Source: a virus
Strand: one strand, 5' to 3'
IMG/VR virus record: IMGVR_UViG_3300018878_000100
Length of the DNA: 64,000 bases
Of this stretch, positions 1-11,887 are shown piece by piece. The notes beneath the pieces were generated by a model that ran no database searches, had not been told where the DNA came from, and saw nothing but the letters and a program-made list of their open reading frames with translations. A program made the position numbers and the translations under genes. Numbering within the stretch: position 1 is the stretch's first letter; each line of letters begins with the position of its first letter.

Positions 1-495
1 GAAACTTGGACTGATGAAGCTCGTAGTGAGGTTAATCAGCAGGCTCGTGCTAACGATTTGAGTCCTTTCTATGCTGGTTGTGTTGTATTGGTTGACTACT
101 ATGTTGCTCGTAAGTCTATGGCACAGCAGATTGATATCACTCCCGACAAGTTCGGTGGTAACTATTACCTAGAGGCTTCTACTCTGTTCCGTAATACTGA
201 GGGTGTTGATATGCCTGCAGAGTTCGTAATTCCTAACTGCAAGATTCAGTCTAACTTTACTTTCACTATGGCATCTTCTGGCGACCCATCCACTTTCACT
301 TTCACTATGGATGCATTCCCAGATTATACTCGTTTCGACCGCACTAAGAAGGTTCTGGCAGCTATTCAGATTATTGAATCTGCTGATACCGATAGCGCTA
401 TCGACCGTGTAAGCACTCATTCTACTGATACTATTGACTTCAATGGCATGGTAGCTGGTACTCGTCCCTTTGCAGGTTTTGCAACTGAGGAATAA
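1..495 (+). CDS. 5'-partial structural protein ending at TAA 493-495. It may be a major capsid or major tail subunit, but the family is not recognised. It contains a duplicated TFTFTM(A/D) motif.
   Basis: Frame 1 is open from base 1 with no stops of any kind. It is followed immediately by a strong terminator, as is typical of abundant structural genes. It sits upstream of the tail-assembly and tape-measure block. Confidence 0.5.
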   Translation, partial: ETWTDEARSEVNQQARANDLSPFYAGCVVLVDYYVARKSMAQQIDITPDKFGGNYYLEASTLFRNTEGVDMPAEFVIPNCKIQSNFTFTMASSGDPSTFTFTMDAFPDYTRFDRTKKVLAAIQIIESADTDSAIDRVSTHSTDTIDFNGMVAGTRPFAGFATEE

Positions 496-516
496 TTGAC
501 AATTAAATAAATTTAA

Positions 517-551
517 GGGGAGAGATTAAGAAATTAATCTCTCCCCTTTTT
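517..551 (+). terminator. Rho-independent terminator
   Basis: The stem is 13 bp, GGGGAGAGATTAA (517-529) pairing with TTAATCTCTCCCC (534-546), around a GAAA loop. A TTTTT run follows. Confidence 0.7.
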
Positions 552-578
552 GTCATTTGTAGTAAAAGGAGGAATAGA

Positions 579-1748
579 ATGGCTGAAGGTATTATTTTTG
601 GTGGACATTTATTGGATAAAGATACTTTTATTCAAATATTTGAAGAATGGTATAATGAAAAAAATCAAGAATTTTATCACGATTTAGTAATATTAAAAGA
701 TGAAATATCTCAAATGTATACTATGGAATTAAGAGAGAGTCAGTCTCATCCAGGAGTATGGAAAAATGCTATGAGACGTCAGTCATCTTATAGTGCAAAA
801 AAGATATATGAAAGATGGGAATAGATTCAAAAAAAATATTTTGGTAATAATGCTGTTACCTTAATTGCTATTACTAAATTTGGAGAAAAAGAATTGACTT
901 GGTCCTAGAATATAGAAGAAGCAAGTGTAATGACTGAGGGTGGTATTAATGTTACTAAAACTCAATTAAATACGGCAGTTGGTTCTTTGGATAAAGATTT
1001 AGCTGCATATGCGGCCGCTCAAGAGATTTAGAATTTTTTTAGACGACATTATAGTGATATGTGTAATCAACTTTCTGGCTATAAAATGAATAATACAGAT
1101 GCTCAATTATTACATAAAACAATTTCTTCAAAATCTCCTTTGTATTAGTCTAGACATGAATCTTTTACTGGACGTAGTTATGGAGAAATTATTTTTGCTT
1201 CTTAGGGCAATGCCGAAGGTAAATAGTTAGATGCTTTTATGAATCATGTGGCTCAATACAATAAACAATTATTTGGTTTAATGTCTGCTAGTGCTGTTAA
1301 TAGTAATTAGCTTGTAAATTTAAAAATAGATGACCACGGTGGATTTTCAGGGATTTTTAGTTCTCCACAAGTAGTATAGCCTTGGTTATTAGCATCATTA
1401 AACTCAGCTAGTTGGTTGACAGGAGGAGACGTTGTTGTTATTGATGAGTCTGGAGCCGTAATTTATAATATTTAGATTAAATCAACATTAGCAGATTCAG
1501 GTAAAAACTTTGAATTAGCATTAACAAGACTTGAGAGTTTAATTAATAGACTTATTAAAAGAATGGAAAGAATGCATGAAAATCCAAGATTAAAACCTAA
1601 GTCTTTAGCTAATATAATGTATAAGTCTTTAAAAACTACTAGTAGCAATGATGTTGCTAAAAGCGAATCTTTTATGGAGACTGAAGCTTATAATACTGTG
1701 CGTAAAAACTTAAATTTAGCTCCAATCAATATAAAGTTTAATGTATAA
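579..1748 (+). CDS. Hypothetical virion or tail-associated protein of 389 aa, read through 9 in-frame TAG codons
   Basis: An AGGAGG site lies 8 nt upstream of ATG 579. A single frame runs from 579 to TAA 1746-1748 and is interrupted only by TAG (at 822, about 906, 1029, 1146, 1203, 1224, 1308, 1377 and 1473). There is no in-frame TAA or TGA. The ORF-track fragments 579..824 and 1563..1748 are in the same frame. Confidence 0.6.
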
Positions 1749-1751
1749 AAT

Positions 1752-1780
1752 TTGACAAATCAGAAATTTTCTGGTATAAT
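1752..1780 (+). promoter_or_regulatory. Sigma-A/sigma-70 consensus promoter (TTGACA, 17 nt, TATAAT)
   Basis: TTGACA lies at 1752-1757 and TATAAT at 1775-1780 with a 17-nt spacer. An AGGAGG site and ATG 1816 follow. Confidence 0.55.
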
Positions 1781-1815
1781 ATAATTGTAAAATGAGATAA
1801 AGGAGGAGTTTAGCT

Positions 1816-2355
1816 ATGGCTAAAGTACCATTTTCAAAACTTCAAGCTAAAGTAGACGGAGGGGCAACAAGTGTCTTTTATTATAATTTAGCAGGAGAAG
1901 AAGTTTATTATGAAGTAAAACATTATTTACCTTTTAAGGAAAAGCTTGAATTAGTATCAAACATTATTAATAAGTCTATTGATGATAATGGATTTTACAA
2001 TCCAATGAGAGTAAAATTTAATATGGTATTAGAAATTACTTATGCTTATACTAATTTAAGTTTCACTGAAAAAATGAAAGAAGACCCATTTAAATTATAT
2101 GATATTTTAGTAAGCACTGGTATTTTTACAGATATTGTTGATGTTATTCGTGAAAAAGATTGGCAAGAAATTCAAGAAAATGTTTGGTCTACTATTAATA
2201 ATATTTATCAATATAATAATTCTGTAATGGGAATTTTAGATACATTAAAAGCTGATTATGATAATTTAAATTTTGATGCTACTGAAATCCAAAAGAAGAT
2301 TGGGGACCCAGAGAATATGGCTTTATTGCGTGAAGTCCTAACTAAATTGGGCTAA
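1816..2355 (+). CDS. Hypothetical 179-aa protein in the position of a tail assembly chaperone, immediately upstream of the tape measure gene. The call is positional only. It has no TAG.
   Basis: The ORF is intact with a strong AGGAGG site and ends in TAA. No slippery-site or frameshift partner was identified. Confidence 0.5.
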   Translation: MAKVPFSKLQAKVDGGATSVFYYNLAGEEVYYEVKHYLPFKEKLELVSNIINKSIDDNGFYNPMRVKFNMVLEITYAYTNLSFTEKMKEDPFKLYDILVSTGIFTDIVDVIREKDWQEIQENVWSTINNIYQYNNSVMGILDTLKADYDNLNFDATEIQKKIGDPENMALLREVLTKLG

Positions 2356-2402
2356 TTAAATTATTCTTATTATTTAGATTTTTAAATTTTAATAGGAATA
2401 GT

Positions 2403-2441
2403 CGGGGATGAGAATTTGATTATTCTCATCCCCGATTTTTT
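2403..2441 (+). terminator. Rho-independent terminator
   Basis: CGGGGATGAGAAT (2403-2415) pairs with ATTCTCATCCCCG (2422-2434). The sequence ATTTTTT follows. Confidence 0.65.
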
Positions 2442-2487
2442 ATTTTGCAAAATAAAAAATTAGGAGAGAAAGGAGATAAAAATTTGT

Positions 2488-5400
2488 ATGGCAAAAAATC
2501 TTAATGTTAGTTTAGCTTTTACTGCGAATACGAATGAGGCTATTGCCGCAATTAAAAATTTGCAAAAAGAGCTTAATGGATTGGCTACTGGTTCTGCATT
2601 GAAAAATAGTGGAATTTCACAAATTACACCTGAAATTCAAAGAGCTATGACCGCAGCAGGAGAGTTATAGGCTAAACTAGAAGCGGCTACAAATTTAAAA
2701 ACAGGAAAATTAGATTTAGGTCAATTTTCTGATTCCTTAAAAAAAGGCGGAGTTTCTCTTCAGCAATATGCTAATCAATTAAATGCTCTTGGTCCGGCCG
2801 GTCGTCAAGCATTTACGAATTTAGCTTAGTCTGTTTTATAGGCAGAAGCTCCTTTAATTAGATGCAGTCAAAGGGTTAGAGAGCTTGGTACTACATTAGC
2901 AAATACTGCAAGATGGCAGTTATCTTCTAGTATTTTACATGGTTTTATGGGAACCGTATAGTCTGCTTATGGATATGCTCAAGATTTAAATAAATCTTTA
3001 AATGATATTCGCATTGTTACTGGTGCTAGTGTTGCTGAAATGGATGCATTTGCAGCTAAGGCAAATAAGGCAGCGCGGGCATTAAGTACAACAACTAATG
3101 AATATGCTAAAGCTTCTTTAATCTATTTCCAATAGGGTGATACTCAATCTGAAGCTATGCAAAAAGCTGCTGTTACTGCAAAAATGGCAAATGTAACTGG
3201 ACAAAGCGCAGATGTTGTTTCTAATCAATTAACTGCTATTTGGAATAATTTTAACAAAGAAGGCGATGTTGCTTATGAACATTATGCCGATGTATTAACA
3301 AAATTAGGTGCTGCAACTGCGTCTAGCACTGATGAAATTGCTGGTGGATTAGAGAAATTTGCCGGTATTGCAGATACTATTGGTTTGAGTTATGAATATG
3401 CTGCATCTGCTTTGGCAACAATTACTGCAACATCTCGTGAAAGTGAAGAAGTTGTTGGTACAGCATTAAAAACAATCTTTGCACGTATTCAAGGTTTAAA
3501 GCAAGGAGACACCCTTGAAGATGGTACTACTTTAAATAAATACTCTGAAGCTTTGCAAAAAGTCGGTATTAGTATTTTTGACCAAACTGGCGAATTGAAG
3601 AATATGGATAGTATTCTTGAAGAAATGGCCGCAAAATGGGTAACTTTAAATAAAGACCAATAGTTGGCATTGGCTCAAACTGTTGCTGGTGTTCGTCAAT
3701 ATAACCAAATGGTTACTTTGATGGATAATTGGGATTTTATGGAAGAAAATCTTGCAACTGCTGGCGCAGCGGATGGAGAACTTAATAAACAAGCTGAGAT
3801 TTATGCTGAAAGCTGGGAGGCTGCTCGAGACAGAGTAACAGCAGCAGCAGAAAATTTATATACTAAAATTTTAGATGACGATTTTTTCATTGGTTTTTTA
3901 GATGGTTTAAGCCATGTTATTGATGGAGTAGGTAGTTTAGTTGATGCTTTTGGAGGTTTAGGTGGCGTTCTAGCAACTATTGGAGCTATTGCCACAAAAG
4001 TTTTCCATAAAGAAATTGCTTAGGGTTTAAGAAATGCTGCTTATAGTATTAAGCAATTTACTCCAGCGGGTAAAAAAGAACATGAAAAGACTAAAGAAGA
4101 TGCTCTTGAGGGTATTCGTAACTTAAAATCTAATATGCGTGGTCGTGAAGGCGATGCAGAAAATGCTTCTCTTGATAGAGAAATTCGTATGCAAGAATAG
4201 CTACGTGCAGCTGCTGGTCGCGTAACTGAAGAAGAGCTTAAATAGCTTCAAGTTCAAATGGATTTAGTACGAGCAATGGATAAGAGAGCAATTGCTGCTG
4301 GTAAAGCAGCGGATGCAGCAAGGGAAGAAGTTGAAGACGCTCGAGATTTAGCAAAAGCCTATGAGAAAATTGAGGCTAGAGATAAGGCCAAGGAAGATTT
4401 TTAGAAGAAACATTAGGGTGAAGAAAATCAAAAACGAAATGACGCAATATCTCAAGCCTTTGACGATGTAATAGATTATGGAGCAAATCACAGAAAGACA
4501 AAACATCATCGATTTGGTGAGTAGGGAGATTATATTAATTAGCAATATGCTTAGGCTCGGTAGAGGGTAGTAGATTCTGGTGAAACAGTAACAGCTGATG
4601 CTGTTCGAGGAGAATTTTTAGCTGGATTAAGAGAGGCGGCCGACAGTAGAGATGAAATGGCGAAAGCTATTTTTGATAAAGTTAAAGCTGCTGGAGAAGA
4701 AGCTGCTTAGGCATATGGTGAAGCTATGAAGTCTGAGCTAGATGAAGCAATGAGAGATGCTGAAAGATAGGCTAGCGAAAAAATTGAAAATATTGGAAAA
4801 GCAGTGGATAAAGGTGCTATGACGGAAGTCCGTGCCAAAGATTTAAGAGAAACTGCTTCTAAACTTTCAGTAAAAACTAAAGACGATAATGGTAATGAAG
4901 TTTATAAAACTGCCGATACTGGATTAGGTAAAGTATAGGATACATTAAAACAAAAGCTTGCTGCGACAGCTGCTGAAGCTAAAGAATTATAGGCTGCATT
5001 AGCTGCTTTGGGTAAATCTGATAGTGTATTAGATGGTAGAATTGCAGATTTAGAAAATATGACACAAGAATTAAATAGTACTACTGCTAGTGCTGAACGT
5101 CTTGAAGAAATTTTAGGATAGCTATCTAGTGAAGAGGAAGGCGGTATTACTTCAGTTCTTGAAGATTAGGCTCAAATGTTGACAGTGGATGCAGCAGGAA
5201 CGCCTTATGGTGGAGAAACAAGCGCAGATGCAAAAACTCGTGGAGGAGAAGATTATCTTCGTTCTAAGCAAGCTGCTTAGAAACAAATGGATAGCGAAAA
5301 CGCTAATTTAAATGTTGGCGGTAGTGAAGAAGGTTTAAATGAATCTTTTAATAAGAGCGGTTTAACAGATTGGGCCGATTAGATTACTAATACTACTGAT

Positions 5401-8400
5401 TTAATTATGGGACTAGGCTCTGCAATCAGTTCAGTATAGGGAGCTATTGATGTTTTTAATAATCCTGATGCAACAGCTTGGGATAAAATTAGTGCAGTAA
5501 TCAGTGTTGTAATCGGTATTTTACCAGTTGCATCAACTTTAATGACAATGTTTGGTACTACTGCAGCAACAGCAGGTGCAACTGCGAGTGCGGGTATGAC
5601 CGCTGCGTTAGGTTCAATTGGTTGGATTATTTTAGCAGTAACAGCATTGATTGCAATTTTTATTGCTTTAGGTTCTGCGATAGCAGCAAATTCTCCAGAA
5701 GGATAGCTGAAGAGTGCACAAGAAGCCACTGAAAAAACTGCACAAGCGGCACAAAATGCAAAAAGTGCTTATGAAGAATTGTTAGCTACTATCAATAGAT
5801 ATGATAGTGCAAAAGAATCGTTAGAAGGATTAGCTAAGGGTACCGAGGAATATACGGAAGCTCTCATGGAGGCTAATGCTGCGGCAAGAGAATTAATTGA
5901 TACTTATGAATTAACAAGTGATTAGTTCCATGTGGATGAAAATGGTTTAATTCAAATTGATGAAAATGCTCTTTAGACAAAGAAAGATGAACATCGTGAA
6001 AGAGTTGAAAAAACTTCTAGTGCATTAACAGGCGCTTAGAAATATGAGAATGAAAAAGAAGACGATGTTACTATTTCTAATATTCGAAAAGAAGCTAATA
6101 AGGATTCCATGTATTATGGGTCTGATTATTAGAATTATTTAATCTCTGATACTAATATTGAAACTGTATTAGCTGCGGCCAGAAATGCAGAAGGTGGTTC
6201 TGATGCTTATTTCGCTGAAGGTGAAAAAAATATTGCAGCAACAATGGGATGGGACCCAGATGCATTAACAACTTATTAGCAAGATTTTATAAATGCATTA
6301 ATGGAAAATTCCGCGGCCCTATCTGAAGCAAATGCAGCAATTTTAGCAAACGCAGCGGCCAATGAAGCTGCTACAAAAGCATAGTTGGCGCAAAATTTGA
6401 GTGATGAAACTGCATTTTAGGACAGTGAATATCAAGATGAGTTATTAGAAGCTGCATTAAATACTCAAGGGACTGAGGAATCAGAAGCTCAAGATAAGCT
6501 TGACGGAATGACTCAAGACCAAATGTATGATGCTTATGCTGAAATGATGGGCTATACCAATAATGGTATAGGTACTTGGTTAGATGGTAAGCAAGAGTTC
6601 TTGGATGCTGACGGAAATCCAATTGAGTTAACTCCAGAGCAAGTAGAAGCTCAAATGCGTGAAATGTACGCGCAAGAGGGTATGGAAGAAAATGCATTAA
6701 ATCTTGTAGATACTATGAATCAAGTAATGGCACGAGCTGATGAAAATAAAGGTGTTATTAGTACTGCTATTACTGGAGATACAGAAAAATTAACTATTGG
6801 TTAGTAGGGTATGAGTGCAGATGAAGTTGCTGCTATGGTTACTGATGAAGAAGCTCAAGCGATGGGCTTTGAAAGTGCGGCAGCTTTTGGAGAATCATTT
6901 GCTTCTGCTACAGAGAGCTTTGCTGGTGAATGGCAATCTTTAATGGGAAATTATGTTGACTCCGTTTCTGATTAGATGCAAACCATGTTTGATAATGGAG
7001 AGTTAGATAATCTAACTCTTGGACAGTCAGAAAATTTAGCAAATGCTTTTGAAACTGCATATGCAACTAGTGGATAGGCTGGTATGGATGTATTGGCTAA
7101 GATGTTTACTGATGCTGGTGAATATTCTGACGAATTTGCAAATGCTCTTGGAACTATAGACTGGAGCACTGCTACCCCAGAGACTTTACAAGACGCATTG
7201 GATGCCGCGGGTGTTGCTACTCATTATACTGCTGATGAATTAAATAATTTAATTAATGTAATGAACGAAGGAGCTATGGGCTTCGAAAATGCTGCAAATA
7301 AATATAAAACATTATCTGAGATTGTTGATTCATTAAAATCTGGTGATACTATTACAGCTGAGCAATTTAAAGAATTGGGTCCAGGTATGGAAGATTATTT
7401 CATGCGAATGGCTGATGGTACTTATAAATTAATTGGTGATGCAGAAGCTTTCTATGCTGCTGTTAATGAATAGTAGTTGGAAGGTTTTGAAAATACAATT
7501 ACTGCAAAAACTGAAGATAATGCAGAAATTGAAAATGTATTAAATCATGATATTAGCTCTTTGGGTAAGATGGATAGTACTACAATGGGTGGTCATGTTT
7601 ACACTGGAAATGGACAATTTGTTTAGAATACTGATGTAGCTAATGCTCAATTAAATTTCTTAGAGTAGACTGGCTATGACCCCGCTCAAGTTCAACAATG
7701 GCGTGATGATATGTAGGCTGGCACTTTAGATGTTAAAGCATTGACAACTGCTGTGAATGAACAAACAACGTCTCTTGGCGGAGCAGCAGCTGCAGAAGAA
7801 TATTTAACACAATAGCTGGATGCTAATAATACAGAAATTGAACAAAGTAAAGAGGCTATTGCATCTACGGCTACATCTTTAGATGAATTAGATTAGATGT
7901 TGCAAGATGGTAAGATTTCTGTAGAAGCATATGATAAAGCTGCCTAGGGTGCTTTTGAAAAAGAAGTTGAAGCTGAGGGTTTCGACACTGAAGAACTTAA
8001 TAATTATGTTGATGCATTAATTGAATCTGGTAAATTCTTAGAAGAAAATCGACAAGAAGCTCAAAAATTTGCTTTAGCTCAGTATCGGATGGAAAAAGGA
8101 TGCACTGAGTTGGTTGAAAGTTATGAAGATTGGGACAAAGTTTTATCAGATAATGAAGCTAGTTTAAAAGATATTAATAAAGTTATGCCAAAAGTAAATT
8201 CTATGTTACAAGATATGATGGACTTATCTGATGAAGAATTTGCTTTATTACCAGATAATTTTGCTCAAGATAATTGGAATTTAATTCAAGACGTTTATAA
8301 TGAAGTTGATGGAGCTTATGAAGCTTTAAGAGCAAAAATAACAGAAGAAATTGTTATGAAGGTTGTACTTGATGAATCTGCTTAGGGTCAAGTTATGACA

Positions 8401-11400
8401 GAAGTTAATAATTTTTTAGCCAATGTTAATTTGGATGATATTGAAGTTGGAGCAACTTTAGATTCCACTGGATTTGCAGCTGGTTTATAGGGATTATTGG
8501 ATTCTGGCGCAGTAACTGTAGAACAAATGAATGACATTTTATCAGGTATTGGTTATGAACCAATTATTGAATATGAACAAGTAGCAGTTAGTTCTTTTGC
8601 CCGTCAAAGCCAATAGGGTTATATTCAAGTTGCAGGTGTTGATGGAAGCATTGAATATGTGCCAATTACATCTGACATGGATATTAGTGGTGAACAATAT
8701 GTATATGTTCCAAAAATCGGTAGTTCTAAATATAAAGGCGGCGGTGGTGGTGTCGCTGATGCTAAAGCCAATAAAGGCGGTGGCGGAGGAGGCGGTGGCG
8801 GCTCCAAGCCAAAGAAAGCCGACAAAGTAAAGAAAACTGATGTTGTTGACCGATATAAAGAAATTGACGATAAACTTGATGACATTGCAGATAAAATGGA
8901 TGATGCTTCTAAGGCTGCTGACCGTCTATGGGGTCCTGCACGTTTAAAGCAAATGAAAAAAGTTAATGATGCTTTAGAAGAAGAAATTGATGCATTAAAG
9001 AAAAAACGAAAAGAAGCACAAGATAATCTTGATATTGATAAAAAAGCTTTGAAAGATACTATTAGTGCAGAAGCAGGAGTTACAATTACAGACGCAGATT
9101 TTGACGCAGAAGGCAATTTCACTAGATATGATGAAGTTTTAACTGATTTATATAATGAAATTGATGCTGCTATAGAAGCGGCCAATGCTGATGGTAATGC
9201 TGATGAAGATGAACAAGAAAAAATTGATAAAATTCAAGAGCGTATTGATAAAGTAAAAGAAGCAATTGACCAATATGATGAAACTCGTGAATTAATTGAA
9301 GATTTAGACAATGATATTCAAGATAAAATTTACGAATGGCAAGATAACAATTATGAACAATTAAATTATAAACTTGAATATGAAATTGAAATTAATGATT
9401 CTGAACTTGAATTATTAGAATATTATATGGGCAAAGCTGAAGGTAATATTTATAAAACTGCAGAAGCTTTTGGATATTTAGCTGGACAAGCCGATATTTA
9501 TACTGATAATTTAAAGCATCAAGAAGAATATGTTAATGAATTAACTAGGGCTTATTATGCTGGTGAAATTTCTATGGATGCATATAAGGAAGGTTTGCGT
9601 GAAGCTCAAAGTGCAACCATTGAAAACTTATAGGCATTAGAAGAACAAAAGAAAGCTATGCAAGAGTATTATGGTGAAGTAATGGATATGGCTCTTGAAG
9701 AAATTTCTTTGTATACAGATGAAATGGAAGAGTTAAATTCTGTTCTCGACCATTATTCTAATATTCTTGAATTAGTTGGTAAGCAAGAAGATTATGCAAC
9801 CAAGGGTAAAGTTTTACAATCCAAAGCCGCAAATCTTCGCAATGAAATGCAAGTCCAACAAAAACTTTATGAAAAGTCTAATGCCGAAGCTGAAGATTGG
9901 GCTGCTAAAATGGCAACAGCAATTGAAGGTTCTAATGAGTATGAAACTTATAAAAAGAATTGGATTGCGGCCCAAGAGGCAGCTAATGAAGCTCAAGAAA
10001 ATATGTTAAGTAAGACTGAAGAGTGGGCTGAAGCAATGAAGGCAGTTATTGAAAATGAATTAGCTGGATTAGCTAAGACCATGGAAGAGTCTTTAACGGG
10101 CGGAACTTCATTTGATGAGTTATTAACTTCTATGGAGCGCCGCAGTAGTCTACAAGAAGAATATCTAACAACTACAAATCAAATTTATGAAACTAATAAA
10201 TTGATGCGTCAAGCTCAACAAGAAATTGATAAAACTACTAACTCTGTAGCAAAGCGAAAGTTGGCTAATTTCATTAATGAAACAGAATAGATGCAAAATC
10301 AAACTGAGTTAAGTCAATATGAGTTAGATATCCAGTAGGCCAAGTATGATTTACTTTTGGCTGAAATTGCATTAGAGGAAGCTCAAAGTGCTAAATCTAC
10401 TGTTCGCTTACAGCGCGATAGTGAAGGCAATTTTGGTTATGTTTATACTGCGGACCAGTCTGCGGTCGGTGAGGCCGAACAAGAATTGGCAGATAAGCAA
10501 AATGCTCTTTATAATCTTGGATTAGAAGGTGCTAATGATTATAGTCAAAAGTATGCTGAAACCATGCAAGAAGCTCAAGATGCTATTACTGAATTAACAG
10601 AAATGTGGATGAATGGTGAAATTGAGTCTGAAGAAGAATATCAAAGACGCAAGGCTGAAATTCAGGATTATTATTATGAGAAATTAAAGCAATATTCAAG
10701 CTTATATCAAGTAGCATTAACTACTGATAGTAATGTTATCAAAGATGCTTGGAGTACTGACTTTAGTGATATGATGTATAAGACTGAAGATTGGAAAGTC
10801 GCAACTGATGATTACTTTGCCGGAGCTGCTGAAAGCATGAAGACCTGGGCTGAAGTTTGTGGAACCGTTCTTGAGGAATCTGGTCTTGATGACGTAAGTA
10901 AAAAGGTTGAAGAAATCAATACCAAGAGTGAGAATTTGAAAAATACTCTAATTGGTGAAGATGGCGAGAGCGGCGTTGTTGGTGCAATGATGTCTGAAGT
11001 TGAAGCTGCGGGTAAGTTAAGTGAAGCTTATATTGGCATTCAAAATCAAATTGATGAAGTTATTAAGAAGTATGAAGAAATGATGGGTGTAATTAATGAA
11101 GATTATACCAATGAAAATACTCCTGAAGTTACTCCTGCGATTACTCCAGACCCTGAACCCGAGCCAGAAGAACCAGTTCCTGAACCAGAGCCTGAACCTG
11201 AGGAGGCCACTGTTCCTGAATTAAAGGTTGGTTCTACAGTTACCGTTAAGAAGAGCGCAAGCAGATGGGCTACTGGAGAAGGTATTTGGAATCCAGTTAA
11301 GGGCAACAATTTCAAAGTTAAGAAAATTAATGGAGAAAAAGTTCTTATTGGAGACCCTTCAGGTCCTAACTATAGTGCTTCTGGCATTACAGGTTGGATT

Positions 11401-11763
11401 AAGAAAACTGACCTAGAGGGCTTTGCTACTGGTGGCTACACTGGAGACTGGGAAGGTTCTTATGGTAAGTTAGCAATGTTACACCAAAAAGAATTGGTGC
11501 TAAATGCAAATGATACTGAAAACTTCTTGCAAGCAATGGATATTCTTGATAAGATTGTTTCTGCTATTGATTTGTATAGTATGAATTCTCAGCTTGGTGG
11601 AGCTTTATCTAGTCCGTCTCTTGGAAATATGGGCGGTGGAGATGTCCTTGAACAACAAGTACATATTGAAGCTAGTTTCCCAGGAGTACAAGATAGAAAC
11701 GAAATCGAAGAAGCATTTAATACTCTTATCAATAGAGCATCTCAATATGCTAATCGTAAATAA
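2488..11763 (+). CDS. Tail tape measure protein of the TP901 family, about 3091 aa, read through about 51 in-frame TAG codons
   Basis: An AGGAGA site precedes ATG 2488. Frame 1 is continuous to TAA 11761-11763 and is interrupted only by TAG. Track ORFs 2488.., 3157.., 3664.., 6508.., 7084.., 8089.., 8659.., 9658.. and 10357.. are all in this frame. The TP901-type core is recognisable at about 3100-3500 (…VTAKMANVTGQSADVVSNQLTAIWNNF…LTKLGAATASSTDEIAGGLEKFAGIADTIGLSYEYAASALATITATSRESEEVVGTALKTIFARIQGL). A hydrophobic, Ala/Gly-rich segment lies at about 5400-5700. Long coiled-coil regions are present. A Gly-rich linker lies at 8740-8810 and a PEPEPE linker at 11150-11215. An SH3-like segment follows (VGSTVTVKKSASRWATGEGIWNPVKGNNFKVKKINGEKVLIGD…GWIKKTDLEG). 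The protein ends with the motif typical of Gram-positive phage tape measure proteins (GYTGDWEGSYGKLAMLHQKELVLNANDTENFL). Confidence 0.9.
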
Positions 11764-11769
11764 ATTTTT

Positions 11770-11805
11770 GGGTAGGTTATAGAAATATAACCTACCCTTT
11801 TCTTT
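11770..11805 (+). terminator. Rho-independent terminator
   Basis: GGGTAGGTTAT pairs with ATAACCTACCC and a T-rich run follows. Confidence 0.65.
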
Positions 11806-11825
11806 ATTTGGTCTAATTAAAAAAA

Positions 11826-11854
11826 TTGACTTTTCACAAATTTTATAGTATAAT
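11826..11854 (+). promoter_or_regulatory. Sigma-A consensus promoter (TTGACT, 17 nt, TATAAT)
   Basis: TTGACT lies at 11826-11831 and TATAAT at 11849-11854 with a 17-nt spacer. The site is upstream of the ribosome-binding site and ATG 11888. Confidence 0.55.
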
Positions 11855-11887
11855 AGATTAAGGAGAGAAAGGAGAGTTTGAGTATTT

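Noticed and set aside
1816-2487. A programmed -1 frameshift producing a chaperone extension between the 179-aa gene and the tape measure gene
   Set aside because: The interval after the 1816 gene is occupied by a terminator hairpin and the tape measure gene's ribosome-binding site. No slippery heptamer or overlapping extension ORF was seen.
8740-8815. GGCGGTGGCGG short repeats that could be mistaken for a CRISPR-like or VNTR array
   Set aside because: The tract is a coding poly-glycine linker inside the tape measure protein, with imperfect period and no spacers.
8625-9185. Antisense ORF of 186 aa (poly-Pro/Ser) opposite the tape measure Gly-rich linker. Similar antisense or alternate-frame track ORFs occur at 169..420, 3801..3995, 5379..5729, 6371..6697, 9776..10009, 11103..11315, 27591..28010, 37632..37883, 43788..43991, 47490..48126, 52224..52433 and 57766..58086.
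   Set aside because: These lie entirely inside well-supported genes on the other strand or frame. Their products are low-complexity mirror images of Gly, Ala or Glu-rich stretches. They have no ribosome-binding sites.
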